Shown in pieces: positions 24,701 through 36,356 of a DNA stretch of 64,000 nucleotides (the stretch's first letter is position 1; every line of letters begins with the position of its first letter). The notes under the pieces are model-generated. The model ran no database searches, was not told the DNA's origin, and worked only from the letters and a program-made list of their open reading frames with translations. This stretch comes from Paraspadella gotoi. Its lineage: Eukaryota > Animalia > Chaetognatha. Position numbers and translations under genes: made by a program. The DNA is taken from positions 240,879 through 304,878 of the forward strand of contig CM119268.1 in the NCBI GenBank assembly GCA_051294375.1. The letters run 5' to 3'.

Positions 24701-27700
24701 CCACGTAGAACTAAGAAACTCTTTACGTCTTTTCAAGATCTTTGAAAATCTCATCGAGAATAGCTTTGCAGAACATTTACACTATTTACACCTCCCATTG
24801 GGAGCTTGTTCATCCACCAGTTATATGACCAGCTCCGGCGAAGGTGGTGACGCGCTTGCATCTTTCCGTGAGGTTTACCTGATGGAAGCAGGCTAATATA
24901 TCCAGTGAGCATTGGAGTTCATGAGGTTTTATATTGTTCAAGGATCGAAGTTATTGTTTGTGGTTCCGTTGCGTAAGTGGAGATATTGTTATTGACAGCG
25001 ATAAGTCGCATATCAGTCTCCACTGTTTTGCAAATGTTTCATCGGACATTTCATCTTGTCCCTCGCGATGTGGCCTGGTTTCTTATTAGAAAGGCGTTCG
25101 AGTATGCTTCATTTCTTGTTCTGGAAACGATTCCGGCATTCTCATACACTTCGAGGGTAACGTTTTAAAGCTGCCTTCTTGACTGGTCCTTGATTTACAA
25201 AACGTGGTTTGGGGAGATCCTCCTCAGTAAACGCAAGGTCGACCTCTGTAATTAAAGAATCCTCTTCAGTCTTATGTTTCGCGAAAACATGCTCTGAATT
25301 CCCAGACGACCTTCCATAGCCAGTGGAGCTTTTTCGGCTGGCGAAGCGGATCAACGTCCTTGAATGGTTTAGAAAACGCCTCTTTTCCTCTTTGCGTCCA
25401 CTGTTTTTCTTTTCGGCTTGGCCAGCCTTTCTTACCGCTTCTAGTTCTTCTTCGGTGGGTTTGTGATTGAACAATGGTTGTTGGCGGATATTCTCCTTTC
25501 TCACCTTCTGAAGGTGTGGTTTCTCTCCGCTAAGATCAGCTTTGGACCGGTTCGACGGCGTTGTCAGTCTCTAGACCAAGTTCTGATTTTGCCTCGGTTG
25601 TTATTAGGGGGAAGGCATAGCCCCATTTTCCTGGGTTGGCCTTTACCTCGACGCCATCTCTGAGGTCGTCCCCATTCACTATGTGGAATGTTTTCACCGT
25701 TTTGATGATTGTATTATCCATCTTGAGCTGGCTAACGTTTCCAATAAGTGCCGGTCAGCAGTTAACCTCATTTGACCATCTTCTCCTTTTTGAACGTGGA
25801 GTGGGAGCTCAATTTGGGTCGTCGATATTTCTTCTAGCCATCCATCTGGCTGCTTTGAGTGCCTCGTGCTTGTCTTGAAAGAGATGAGTGATGGGTTTTC
25901 CATCCATCGACGCCATCTGTAGATCATCTCTTGTTATTGATGGTTGTACCACCCACATTTGGTTGGGTGGGCCAGGGTTGGTTAATTGCCGTGCCGATAA
26001 TGATGTCCTGGTCGTTTTCATCAGCTGAGATATAAAAACACTGTTTTCAAGATCCAGGTTTGGAACATTATCCTAACATTTATCCTCTCAGTCAATATGA
26101 TGGTCCCGAGTTGCTGTTCGAGAGCTTTAACGCTTTCCCGTGATAAATTTGAGTGCTAAACCCCATTTTTCGACAAATTTCCTTGGATAGTGTTTATAGA
26201 GGCCCCTGCTATCTATAAGCAGCTTGCTGGGGGCACCACTAATGACGACGGGGATGTAACTGTTTTTCCAGCGTGTAACGCATTTCCGGTGTCGTCACGT
26301 GGCGCCGGGCCTTTTGGTCTCAGTGATGACCCTTGCACTCACCTTAGTTGGCAAGGAGGTAATTTCTTTCTCATTCTTTCGTTGTTTCGATGGTCGGTTG
26401 AGGCGGGAGGGAAATTTTCTGGTTCGTGAATTTCAGTTTCTATCTCTAATAGTGGCCTGATGAAGGGATTCTCCATTAAACTCGCCTTTTGATAATGTTA
26501 TATGTCGGTAGTTGACAGGTCCGCCTGTAGGCTTTAATCTCCTGAGCCCAAGCGCTCGCATCGCCTTGAGGGGTTTGGCCTTTTGTTGGTTGAATCGGAG
26601 GAGGAGCAGGAGCTGGAGGATGGAGTTGAAAAGAAGGAGGAGGAGGAGTAGTATCGTTTTTTATTTCTTTCCGTTCCGCCCTTCTGGCTAGCTTGGCGCA
26701 GCTTTAGATCGGTTAATTCTGCCCTCTTTTCCCTTCACTGGATTCGTTTCCAGTTTCTCCAGCCCATTTGATGAATCATTTTGTTTATTACTATCAGTTC
26801 ATCTCGCGTTGAGTACTTGAGCAACTTATGCATTTCTCGCTGATGTTGACCTTCCTTTGAAGCTATTTGCAATTTCTGCCAAGCCTTTTAATTCTAAGTA
26901 CATCTCGTCTATTTTCGATGAAGGCTTCCTTTGAGCTTATCTCTTTGCCAGTCTTTGATAAGCTTGCTTTAGTTGGCTTTGGTTTCTTTCTGTCTTTCTC
27001 TTTCTCTGGTCAACGTACGACGGGGTAGTACATTTTCTTTATTAACAGTTGAAAGTATCATCATCAGTGAATCAATATCTAAATCTTCATTTACAAAAAC
27101 AACATCCGTCTTTTTCCGAATTTCGAGATCTCTTCCCTCTTTTATCATCGTCGCGCCAACCTCGGCCGCCTTTATAGTTTTTTCCAGGTTCCCTTGAGTT
27201 GGGGCCTTTCTCGAAGCACTTTGTTTCTCCACGCTGGCGGTCGTCGTAGTGGCGGTCGTCTTGGCGGCGGTCCTGTAGCGCGGTCATCGCGGTCATTGTT
27301 AGCGGCGGTCATCGCGGCGTCGTTCGCCGTGTGTCATCCTTGAAACGAGTCGGTTTTTCGATTTGGCGCCGCATTTCCCTGATAGATTCAGTTTACGTTA
27401 TTTAATTCTTGGAGCATGGTTCCTTGATAAAAGGCTGTTGGCGCTAGCTGTTGGGTCCTGGTCGGTGAGGCCCTTGGTGACAAGGGCACTGACCAATTTC
27501 TCTTTATCCTCTCCAGAAACCGTTGTTGACTGTTTTCCTTATCCTTTTCGGTTTCGGGCGCCGCTTGTCAGGTAACCTTTTAACCTGTATTCGATCTCTC
27601 GTCCAAGGTCGAGATATTTGTTGACGTTATAAACAAATAAGTCCATTCCAGAGTTTTGCGTCGTTTATTCCATGCATATAAGGTTCAAGGCTTTCACGAG

Positions 27701-28715
27701 GCAGTCTGCGCGTCATAATCTGGAATAGACGCTTTATCTTTCTCACGAACATTTTCATAATTTTCGAGCGCTTCATTTACCGAGGGCGACTCCGTATCTG
27801 CGAGTGGATCGACGGAGTCGACGGAGAGCGTTGCCAACTTATCTGCTTCAGCTATCGACAAGGAGGAGGCTTCAAAAATTGCGCGTAGTTCCGAGCCAGC
27901 GGCTGTTGTTGATTTTCAATTGTAAATCTCGTCGCTTACTTGTCTTGGGCAAGGATGGCTCGGAGCTGCTCGTCAATCTTGTTGGGCGACGCCGTGGAAT
28001 TTCTGTAGGCTTGATAAAAGTTTCGGAGATATTGCTCCGGGGTTTCATCTTTTCCTCTTTTTTCCAATTTGATTTGGGCGTTCACTGGAGGTATAGCTTG
28101 GCGGCTCACTGGCGCCGCCTTCCGATCTGACGTCGTCGTGAGGTCTGACCTTGAAATTGCGTTGAATAGGCATCTCAATCGTGTTGATTGGGACCGGAAG
28201 CGTGGGGTAGATCGATCGACGCCTGGTGGAGCGCTTTGGCCTTGTGACGCCTCTTCGATGTTGTATACCCAGTCTGACGAGGATGGCGTCCAGTTTTGGA
28301 GCCACCTCCACCATGTTTTTGTCCATGGAATTTATTTTTGAGTCCATGGCGTGAAGTTCTTTGGTGATCGAATCTATTTTATTTTGATTCTTTATATTTG
28401 CTTCGTTGACGATTTGCATGATCTGTTTTGCGATGACTCCTTCTTTTGCTGGTGAGTCTGCAGTGCTTGCCAATTCGGGCGGCATCTCGAACGTACGGAT
28501 TAAGTCGTCGTCTTCCACCACTGCTACCGTCATCGTCGTGGAACAACTTTGGCGTTGTTTTGTTTGGATCCCGCCATTCCGTCCAATTTCCTTTTGGCGC
28601 TGGATTGCCGGTGGAGGTTTTCCGGCGGAGGTGGAAGCTGGGGGCATAGGATCCATTTGGGGGTGGCGTGGTCGTTGTTGGCTTTTCGGAGGAGTGGTGA
28701 GTCTTGCCCAGAAGT

Positions 28716-28726
28716 CGCTGTCACCA
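28716..28726 (-). promoter_or_regulatory. Primer-binding site, tRNA-Leu-like
   Basis: TGGTGACAGCG, one mismatch from the complement of the tRNA-Leu 3' end (TGGTGGCAGCG). Confidence 0.6.
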
Positions 28727-28727
28727 C

Positions 28728-29030
28728 ATTTAAGGAAAAACTCATGGGTTTTTGGTGAATACTAAAACGAGATTTTATTCTGAGAATAAAATAGTGACGG
28801 TGAGACAGCAGCGCAGGAGTCCAGATCAATTCTCCTGAAACTAAGGAAGCTAGTCTATTTATATCTAGAGAAGAGGATCAGAGGCAAGGGGTATTTTTAT
28901 CAAATCCATTGTTTCTGGCAAGCTGATTGGTCGATTCCGGATTCCGGCCTCACAATCATGATTCAATTCTGTGGGATTCAACGTGCTTTGATCCGATTTG
29001 CTTTTTGGTTGGTCTTGATTCTCCTGCGTA
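28728..29030 (-). repeat. Probable 5' LTR of the gypsy element
   Basis: On the minus strand: CCAAT (28926-28930), TATAAATA (28856-28863) and AATAAA (28774-28779), immediately followed by a PBS. Second LTR not in the assembly. Confidence 0.6.
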
Positions 29031-29724
29031 TGAAAAAAAATTACATAAAAAATATTTAAAATAGATATAAATTATTTAAATTTTAATTTGTATAAAATAA
29101 GTGCATTAATAAAAAACAAAAAAAAAAAACAACTATTAAAAAATTGAAAAAAATTGATAAAAAATATGCCAATTAATTTTGATATTTAAATTTTATTATT
29201 TTGAAATTGTGAGCGATTGAATTATTAAGCCAGAACAAAAGGGTTGCTATTTATTCAATAATTTATTATTAAATAAATTCAAAAATATTTCAATAATGAT
29301 TACTGCATTAAAAAGCTCTGAAGCTAAAAATATGAGGTACCCTTTTACCAATTGCTTTATGTCATAACTACAGGAGTATGACTTGTTTCAATTTTTAAAA
29401 TTTAAGTATCCTTTAAAATGGTCCCATACTTGTGCGCATATTCATTGTAATGAATAAAGTTTTTCGATCTGGTATTGGAGCAGTAAGCTTTTCTTAACAG
29501 ACAGTTACCATTAGGACACACTTTATATCTTTAAATTTAAAAAACAATTATGGCCAGCTTTACTTTAAAAAGACATCGATATAATATGTAACAATACAAT
29601 ACAATACAAAGGACAATAGAATGTGTCGAAAATATTGAGCGATTGAACATTGTTTTTTGCTGCCTCTGTATATGTATATGTAATTAAAAATAATTGAGCC
29701 TTTTTTAAGAAAAATTTTGCATAA

Positions 29725-29930
29725 CAGTAACAGATAGGGAAGCCAGGTACTCTGGGAGTGAATAAACGAGACTGTGAGAGAGTCCTGATTGAAAGCTTGC
29801 AGGGACCTGCTATGTCATTATCTTGTAAGAGTGATGGAGGCCTTAAACCACCAAAGCCTGTCCAAAGTCAGAGGCAAGATAGCTTATTTATTAAATGAAT
29901 GGATAATTTTTATATTGGTTGTACCAATTT
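29725..29930 (+). mobile_element. Short interspersed repeat (SINE-like 3' portion)
   Basis: Absent from paralogous sites at ~53240 and ~63850. The GATGGAGGCCTTAAACCACC...TTGTACCAATTTCA core recurs at ~9470-9625, 11025-11165 and 46110-46250. Confidence 0.6.
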
Positions 29931-31189
29931 CATAAATTGAATTTTCTTTATAGTAATGTTTTTATAAAATTATAAAATTTAAAAATTATATTTTTTCTTT
30001 TATTTTAAGAACAGTTTCTGATTGGGAATAAAAAACTAAAAAACTTTTGTAAAATATATTTTATAATATTTTTATGTTAAACGTGCAAAAAATGATTAAA
30101 ACTTTTCATAATATAATAGTTTCAACTACGTAAAATAAAAAGGGAGACAATTTTGACCTTTTTTTGTTTTTGACGCTGAAGACATCGACATTTTTGATAA
30201 CATGTTTTATATATTTGTTCTAACATTTTATAAAGATTGGGAATCTGTAATAATAACTCTCAAATATTTATTTTTAAAATGTTCTATTTTATAAGAATGT
30301 AACTATAAACATATTATATTTTATGATGCTGTTCACCAACAAAATGAGAAAAATATTTTTTGTACTCGATAATCATACTATCTATCATATCATATCATCT
30401 CAAATCATATAATATCATATCATACAATCTTTGTTTGTTCACTCAAATAAAAATGTTGTTCCCAAAAGCTCCACTCTAGTGGGCAATGCATCGGAATCAA
30501 TGCAATACAAGCAATCCAATTGCTAGCTATAACCGCTAAATATATCATTTTTTTGTTTTAATCTCTTGAAATTTTAAAAAATAAACTTTTTAGTAAATGA
30601 TTGATTTTTTTACTGTTCTTTATACTATCTTGTTTTTCACTTTACTATTTTATGGTGTCACATAAATTCCTTTCTACTTTTCCCCATTTTTTTATTCTCC
30701 TCTCTCCCCTTCCCTTCTTCTCCTCTTCCCTGCCTTCCTCCTCTCTTCCTTCCTCTCTTCTCCATCCTTCTCCCCCTTCCCCATTTTCTCTCACAACCTG
30801 CTATCCTCCCTCTTCCCTCTTCTCTCTCTCTCCCTTCCTTCCTTCCCCATTTCCTTCTCCCCTGCCTTCCTTCCCCTTCCCCTCTTTTCTTCTCCCTCCA
30901 TTCCTTCCCCTTCCCCTCTTCTCCTCCCTTCCTCCCCCTCTTCTCATCTCCCTCCTTCCTCCCCCTTCCCTCTTCTCATCTCCCTCCTTCCGCCCCTTTC
31001 TCCTGTTCTAACTCTCTTCCCTTCGCCCCTGTCCCACACCCCCCCCCCCTCTTCTCTCCCACCCCTTCTCCTGTTGATATTCGTTCAGCGTTTAATCTCG
31101 CCTCACGCCGCAGGAACCCGCGTCTGTTATCGATGGCACGCCGAGGGGCAAGAGGAGGAAGAGANNNNNNNNNNNNNNNNNNNNNNNNN

Positions 31190-33420
31190 CACTTATAGCC
31201 ACCCTTTCCAGGTATTTATAATCTTAGAAATGTTTTTAAGATAAAATTAAAGGTGGAATCTCTATCTTAAGGTTGCTTATAACTAATCTTTTCTATCTCT
31301 TCCGGGCTTCGCTTTGTTCTGTGGTATGTTCCCCATTTTTCTAAATTTCCGGATATAATTCCAATTTCACTCGCTTCCGACTCGACTTTCTAGTTAAGGG
31401 CACCTCGTCTCCGTCTGTGTCAACTTCTAGTTGCCGTTTTTTAGCGAGCTGCTGCTTGGTATATCTGTGGGGACTACTGTACTACCTCTTCGTTTTCCGT
31501 CATACAACAGTCCTCAGTCAATCAGTAGTCGGTTCAAATTGTGTAGTTTTGAGCCCCGGTAAGTTTTCTTTATTTTAAAGATTCAGCTTCAATTAATGCT
31601 AAATTGATCTCTTAGTATTCCTAGTATCGAATCACGAAAATAATTTATAATCAGCTTTTATTAATATTAATTGAATGAATAATACGATATGGCCCCAATG
31701 GCAATATTGGGGAACGAGACTTACAAGTTTTTTTATTAAAAGATTTTTAAGTCTGTGAAGGTATTTTTTTCTTTTATTATTATCTCAAGGCTTTTGGTCC
31801 CAAGTTAAGTAATTGCTTTTTGTATATCATTGAGCAGTTCTTTTAACTGTGCCCCTCCTGTTGACCGTTTACTCGCTTATAATCTTGTTTTGAAGACTCA
31901 AGTTGAGTCGAGATGTTTTTCAACGTTTTGCCTGTGTCTGACGTCTCCTCCGTCTCACTTTGCTGTCTTCAATTGGTCAAGTGTATTAATGCTCTAAGTT
32001 TATCTAGCTTGTCTTCGCAGGATTTCGTTCTTGCTAGTATATGTTACGGAGCTTCGTTGCGTTTTAATGTTGTATCAAAAGAGGGCCATTTCTACTTTAA
32101 CTATCTGTCATCCTGGTACAATTTTTAAAAAAATCACTCAAAACCAATTTATAAATTGACTTCTTTTAATTTTGACGAACATCCAAAAGTTTTTTTCTTT
32201 TTTTGACCAAATGTTGCTTTACCAATTGAGGTACTTTTATGAGTTTTGTTAATGTCTTTAAACTTAGCTTTAGTCTTTTTACCAAAACTAATGTTATATC
32301 TAAAAAGCCTTTTAGTTATATACCGTTTTTTTTAAATAAATTTCAAGCAATTGATTCGTGATTAATTTATCTGTACTTTCGAGTCAAATAAAAAAATAAT
32401 GATGCTTATTTGGTAAATGCCTTATGCAGGATGACTTTCAAGATTGTAGTTTTCGAACAATATTTCATCTTTTATCCTTTCTCAATTCTTATAATCGTCC
32501 CCGTTGTACTAAGGAAATAACTTCTTTTTAATAAGGCTGGCTTGACGATCACTCACAGACTATGAAGTAATATCGTGTATATAATCTCTGGCTGTTAACT
32601 CGATAGGTGAGTACAATTGTAAGTACAAGATAGCGGAAATGGTTCTTTTGGATATGACTTTGAATATATGTCAAGTGCTGTGATTAGGTCTCTTTCTTAA
32701 ATTAAGAGAGACATTTCTCTCCTCCATGAAATGTTTCACCCAGTCTTGATAAGTGATTTAAAGATCTGAAAACAGATATTAAACGTGTGAAAAAATGCTT
32801 GTGGGACACTTGAGTATCTAAAAGGAGTGACGATTCTAATTACAAAGCAAACTCCAAAAATAAGTTTTGTAAAAGATAAGGTCTCAAAACACTGCTCGAA
32901 ATAATTTTGCCTGATAGGTGAATAGGCACGCTATTAAGTTGCTAAGTTCGGACTATTACTCAATAATTCCTTGTTTTGGATTTGTTTAACTGGATTAGAT
33001 TTATCATTCTATATATTATGACTTGTTTTCTTGGAACACGCGAGTGAGACAGGTCGTGGTGGATAGAAATTCCGTCAAACATTAGAAAGTGGGAAACGCT
33101 GACGGATATATTCCTTCGCCTCCTTTTATGTTATCATCCTTCTCTGCTATGAATGTAACAAAGCTAGGTTCGTAACTTTGTCTTCAATTCGAAGATCTTT
33201 CTCTAATAGTAAATCTAAATTGACAAAATTCAAAACAATAAAACGATGATTATTATAATTCATTTTTATTCCATATTATAGAGACTATAGGAACGACTCG
33301 GCCTTTTTAATAAAGGTCGATTTACCAATACTGGGAAAGATGCACCAAATAGCCAACAAATCAAAACCATTCTTTTTTGATTTACCTAGGGGTGCCTGTT
33401 AAGTAAGACTCATTGGTCTT
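31190..33420 (-). mobile_element. Highly degraded non-LTR retrotransposon (LINE) RT remnant
   Basis: Vestigial motifs in RT order on the minus strand: SFDT (~32070), GxQQGG-like (~31850-31870), ASEIGIISGNLEK (~31340-31380). Many stops. Confidence 0.4.
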
Positions 33421-33591
33421 CCCTCGTCGCTAATATTCGGACATGTTTTTAAATTAATAACACGAAAATTTTTAAATATAAATCATAAATTAACTAATAA
33501 AAAAATGAAATTTTATGTAAAAGCGAGATTAATAAAATAAACCCTTTTACTTCTTCCTCCCTTTTTTCTTCTTCCTTCACGTGAATCTCGG

Positions 33592-33700
33592 TTTTAATAT
33601 TTTTGACGATAGTTTTATTTTTGACGATGGTTTTAATATTTTGACGATGGTTTTTAATATTTTGACGATGATTTAATATTTTGACAATGGTTTTAAATTA
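33592..33700. repeat. ~20-bp tandem repeat TTTTAATATTTTGACGATGG x5
   Basis: Direct inspection. Confidence 0.85.
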
Positions 33701-34009
33701 TTTAATCATGGCAAAGTTAAAGAAATACGCTAGTGATAACATTTTAAATCTTAGGGAAAAATTTAAAATCCTTAATAATTAATTTTAATTAAAATAGAAA
33801 TTTTAAACCATTAAAAAACATCTGCGGAAAATAAAAAACATCGGAAAAATTGAAAAAACGGATCGGAAAAATTTAAAAGCAATCCAGTAAGAAAATTTAA
33901 AAGCATGGGAAAAAATAGCAAAATGCACTCGGGACAAAAAATACTAAATATATAGATCAGGAATAATCACTGTTGGAAAATCCCATACTCATCAGTTAGA
34001 GTTTCTTTA

Positions 34010-34915
34010 GTATCAAAGTGGGACCGTAAAAATATTAAATTATTAAAGAAATAAACTAGGACTCTTCGAGCTCGAGGAATTTCCAGTCAAACTTTGCCAG
34101 TTTTAATATTTCCTACAATATTTCACAGTTATTCTTTATGTATTTAAAGTGGACCGTAAAAATTTCAAATAATACTAAGGTGTAAATAACTTGTCATTAA
34201 GTATTTTTCCCAGGAAAAATTATCATAGTTAATTCTTTATGTTTACAAAAGTGTGGACGTACAAATATTAAATTATATAAGAAAATAATAGGAACTGTTC
34301 GTACTCGAGTTAATTTCCATTTCAACTTGTATTTTAAATTTTCTCCTACAAAATATCACAAGTTAATTCTATTATGTACAAAGTGGTGGTCCGTAAAAAA
34401 ATATTAAAATTATATAAAGAAGATAACTAGGATCTCTTGATGCGACTCAGAGAATATTTTCTAGTCCAATTGTTTGTTATTCTTAAATTTTTTCACTACA
34501 CAAATTTCATATTTAATTCTTTTACTGTACAAAGTGTGGACCGTAAAAATATTAAAATTATATAATGAAATGAAACTAGAGACCCTCTATCGACTCCGAT
34601 CGACACCGATTTCCAGTCAAACTTGTATTTTAAATTATTCCTACAAAATTTCTAGTATCTTTATGTACAAGTGTGGACGTAAAAATATTAAATTATGATA
34701 AAGAAATAACTCAGGACTCTTTACCGGACTCTAAAAAATTCCAGTCAAACTTACATCTTCTAAATTTTTCCTACAAAATTTCACAGTTAATTCTTTATGT
34801 ACCAAAGTGTGGACCGTAAAATATTAAAATAACATAAGAAAAACTACTAGGGACTCTCCGACTCTAAAAATCCATGTCAAACTTACGTTTAAATTTTTTT
34901 CCTACAAATTTTCAC
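34010..34915. repeat. ~130-bp tandem satellite, about 7 units
   Basis: AAAGTGTGGACCGTAAAAATATTAAA anchors at ~34015, 34146, 34248, 34381, 34531, 34669, 34804. Confidence 0.85.
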
Positions 34916-35934
34916 ACTGCCCGACTCTCCGCGACACTAATACTTTTCTTATATGGTCAAAAATCTCCGTAATAAACTATATTGTATTAAATTCCCACTT
35001 ATTACTACTTGTACCTATCCTTTAAACACTAATAAATGAGTTAAACAATACTCTCTTTATCAAAAATAATGCAAGTCACAAAAAAGTTCATCAAATTAGA
35101 AACGTTGTCTTAAAAATTATTTGTGGACTAACCTGAAAAGAAGTTTTTTTTTGATAATGTTTGCAGCTCGTCTCGAAGCTTATTTAATAGGCTATGGATT
35201 TTCTGTTATTCAACCAATTTGATTGTATTTTTGTTTAAACAAATTATGATAAAGGACCTTGAAACTGCAACTTTTTTGACTTGTTAACTTTAAAAATTAA
35301 TTCATAGGCAAACTATAAAAATGATTTAAGCAAACTAAATTCTCCACGGGGTTAAAGAAGATAAGGAATGAGACGCGATTCAAAGTTAAAAAAATTCGCT
35401 TTCTCAACTTTCCTTGGCATTCAATCATAGGTCGTAGTAAAAATGGACAAAAGATGGACATATTTTTTTTTCCTAAGTTGCCCAAAACTGGTACTCTTTT
35501 TATTCATTAGAAACGCGGTGGATAATGTTCTAACCAATCCTGTGCGTTCACTAATTTTGTGTTGTGGCACAAAGTTAATCAACATTGTAAGTAACAACTG
35601 AACAATAGCGGTGGAAACCGATCGTTTTTTCCTAGAGATGCAACGTTTGTTATGCCGCCGTAACACATATAGCTAAAGCATAATGTAGAAAAGCAATCGA
35701 TAAAAACAAATCAAATATCTCTTGTAAATTTCCATTTTGCAGTTGCGCCGTAACGTGGTCTGGGGCCTCAAAAAGATGACGGATAGAGAAGCTAGGTGGT
35801 ACATGATTGACTAGATAACTCTATTTTGAAGTTTACCTAAATAATTGTAGATTGCCAAAAGTTGTATTAGTAATCAAACAGTTTTAAAATATTTGCGTCT
35901 TACTCCCTTGAGATCTAAAAATGGAATGTACCGC

Positions 35935-36356
35935 TGACGTTTAGTCAAATAACGAGGGTAATAATAAGTGGCAAGGTATTGGATTGAGGAATAGTTTTAT
36001 TTTAATTGACGGAACAATGATTAGGGGCTGATGACACAGATACGAGATGACCGATGACAAGGTTAAGACATAAGTTTGATGACATATTAAACCACAGTTC
36101 AATAATTATTTGAAGAAGTGTTCTTTTCTGGAGTTTGCGGTGCTAGAGATGAATGCCTAGAGTTCTTTCGCATTTTGACCATCAATTCCCTCCGTCTCGG
36201 TCTCCTCTTCGGTCATTGCGTCATTCTAACCGGTTGAAAAACTAAGGTCTGTGATTCTGTCGCATTCTTTGATGCATTCGTGGAAGGAGGACGAGCAATC
36301 ACATCACTTAGGCAACTCAATCCGTTTTATAGCGTCCATTCGCTCGTTTGATGTCA
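35935..36356 (-). repeat. 3' LTR
   Basis: TG...CA ends with TGAC/GTCA inverted termini, preceded by a PPT. Confidence 0.85.

Larger units (their letters stand above)
23319..29030 (-). mobile_element. Ty3/gypsy-like LTR retrotransposon, 3' part lost at the N gap
   Basis: Gag-like fragments 27.6-28.66 kb; protease DTG 26285-26293; RT LDILACFHQ ~24879-24905, LPMG ~24794-24805, YVDD 24696-24707; RNase H IYADASSTAMG ~24221-24251, HINILETLAF ~24105-24134. No integrase recognised before the gap. Confidence 0.85.
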
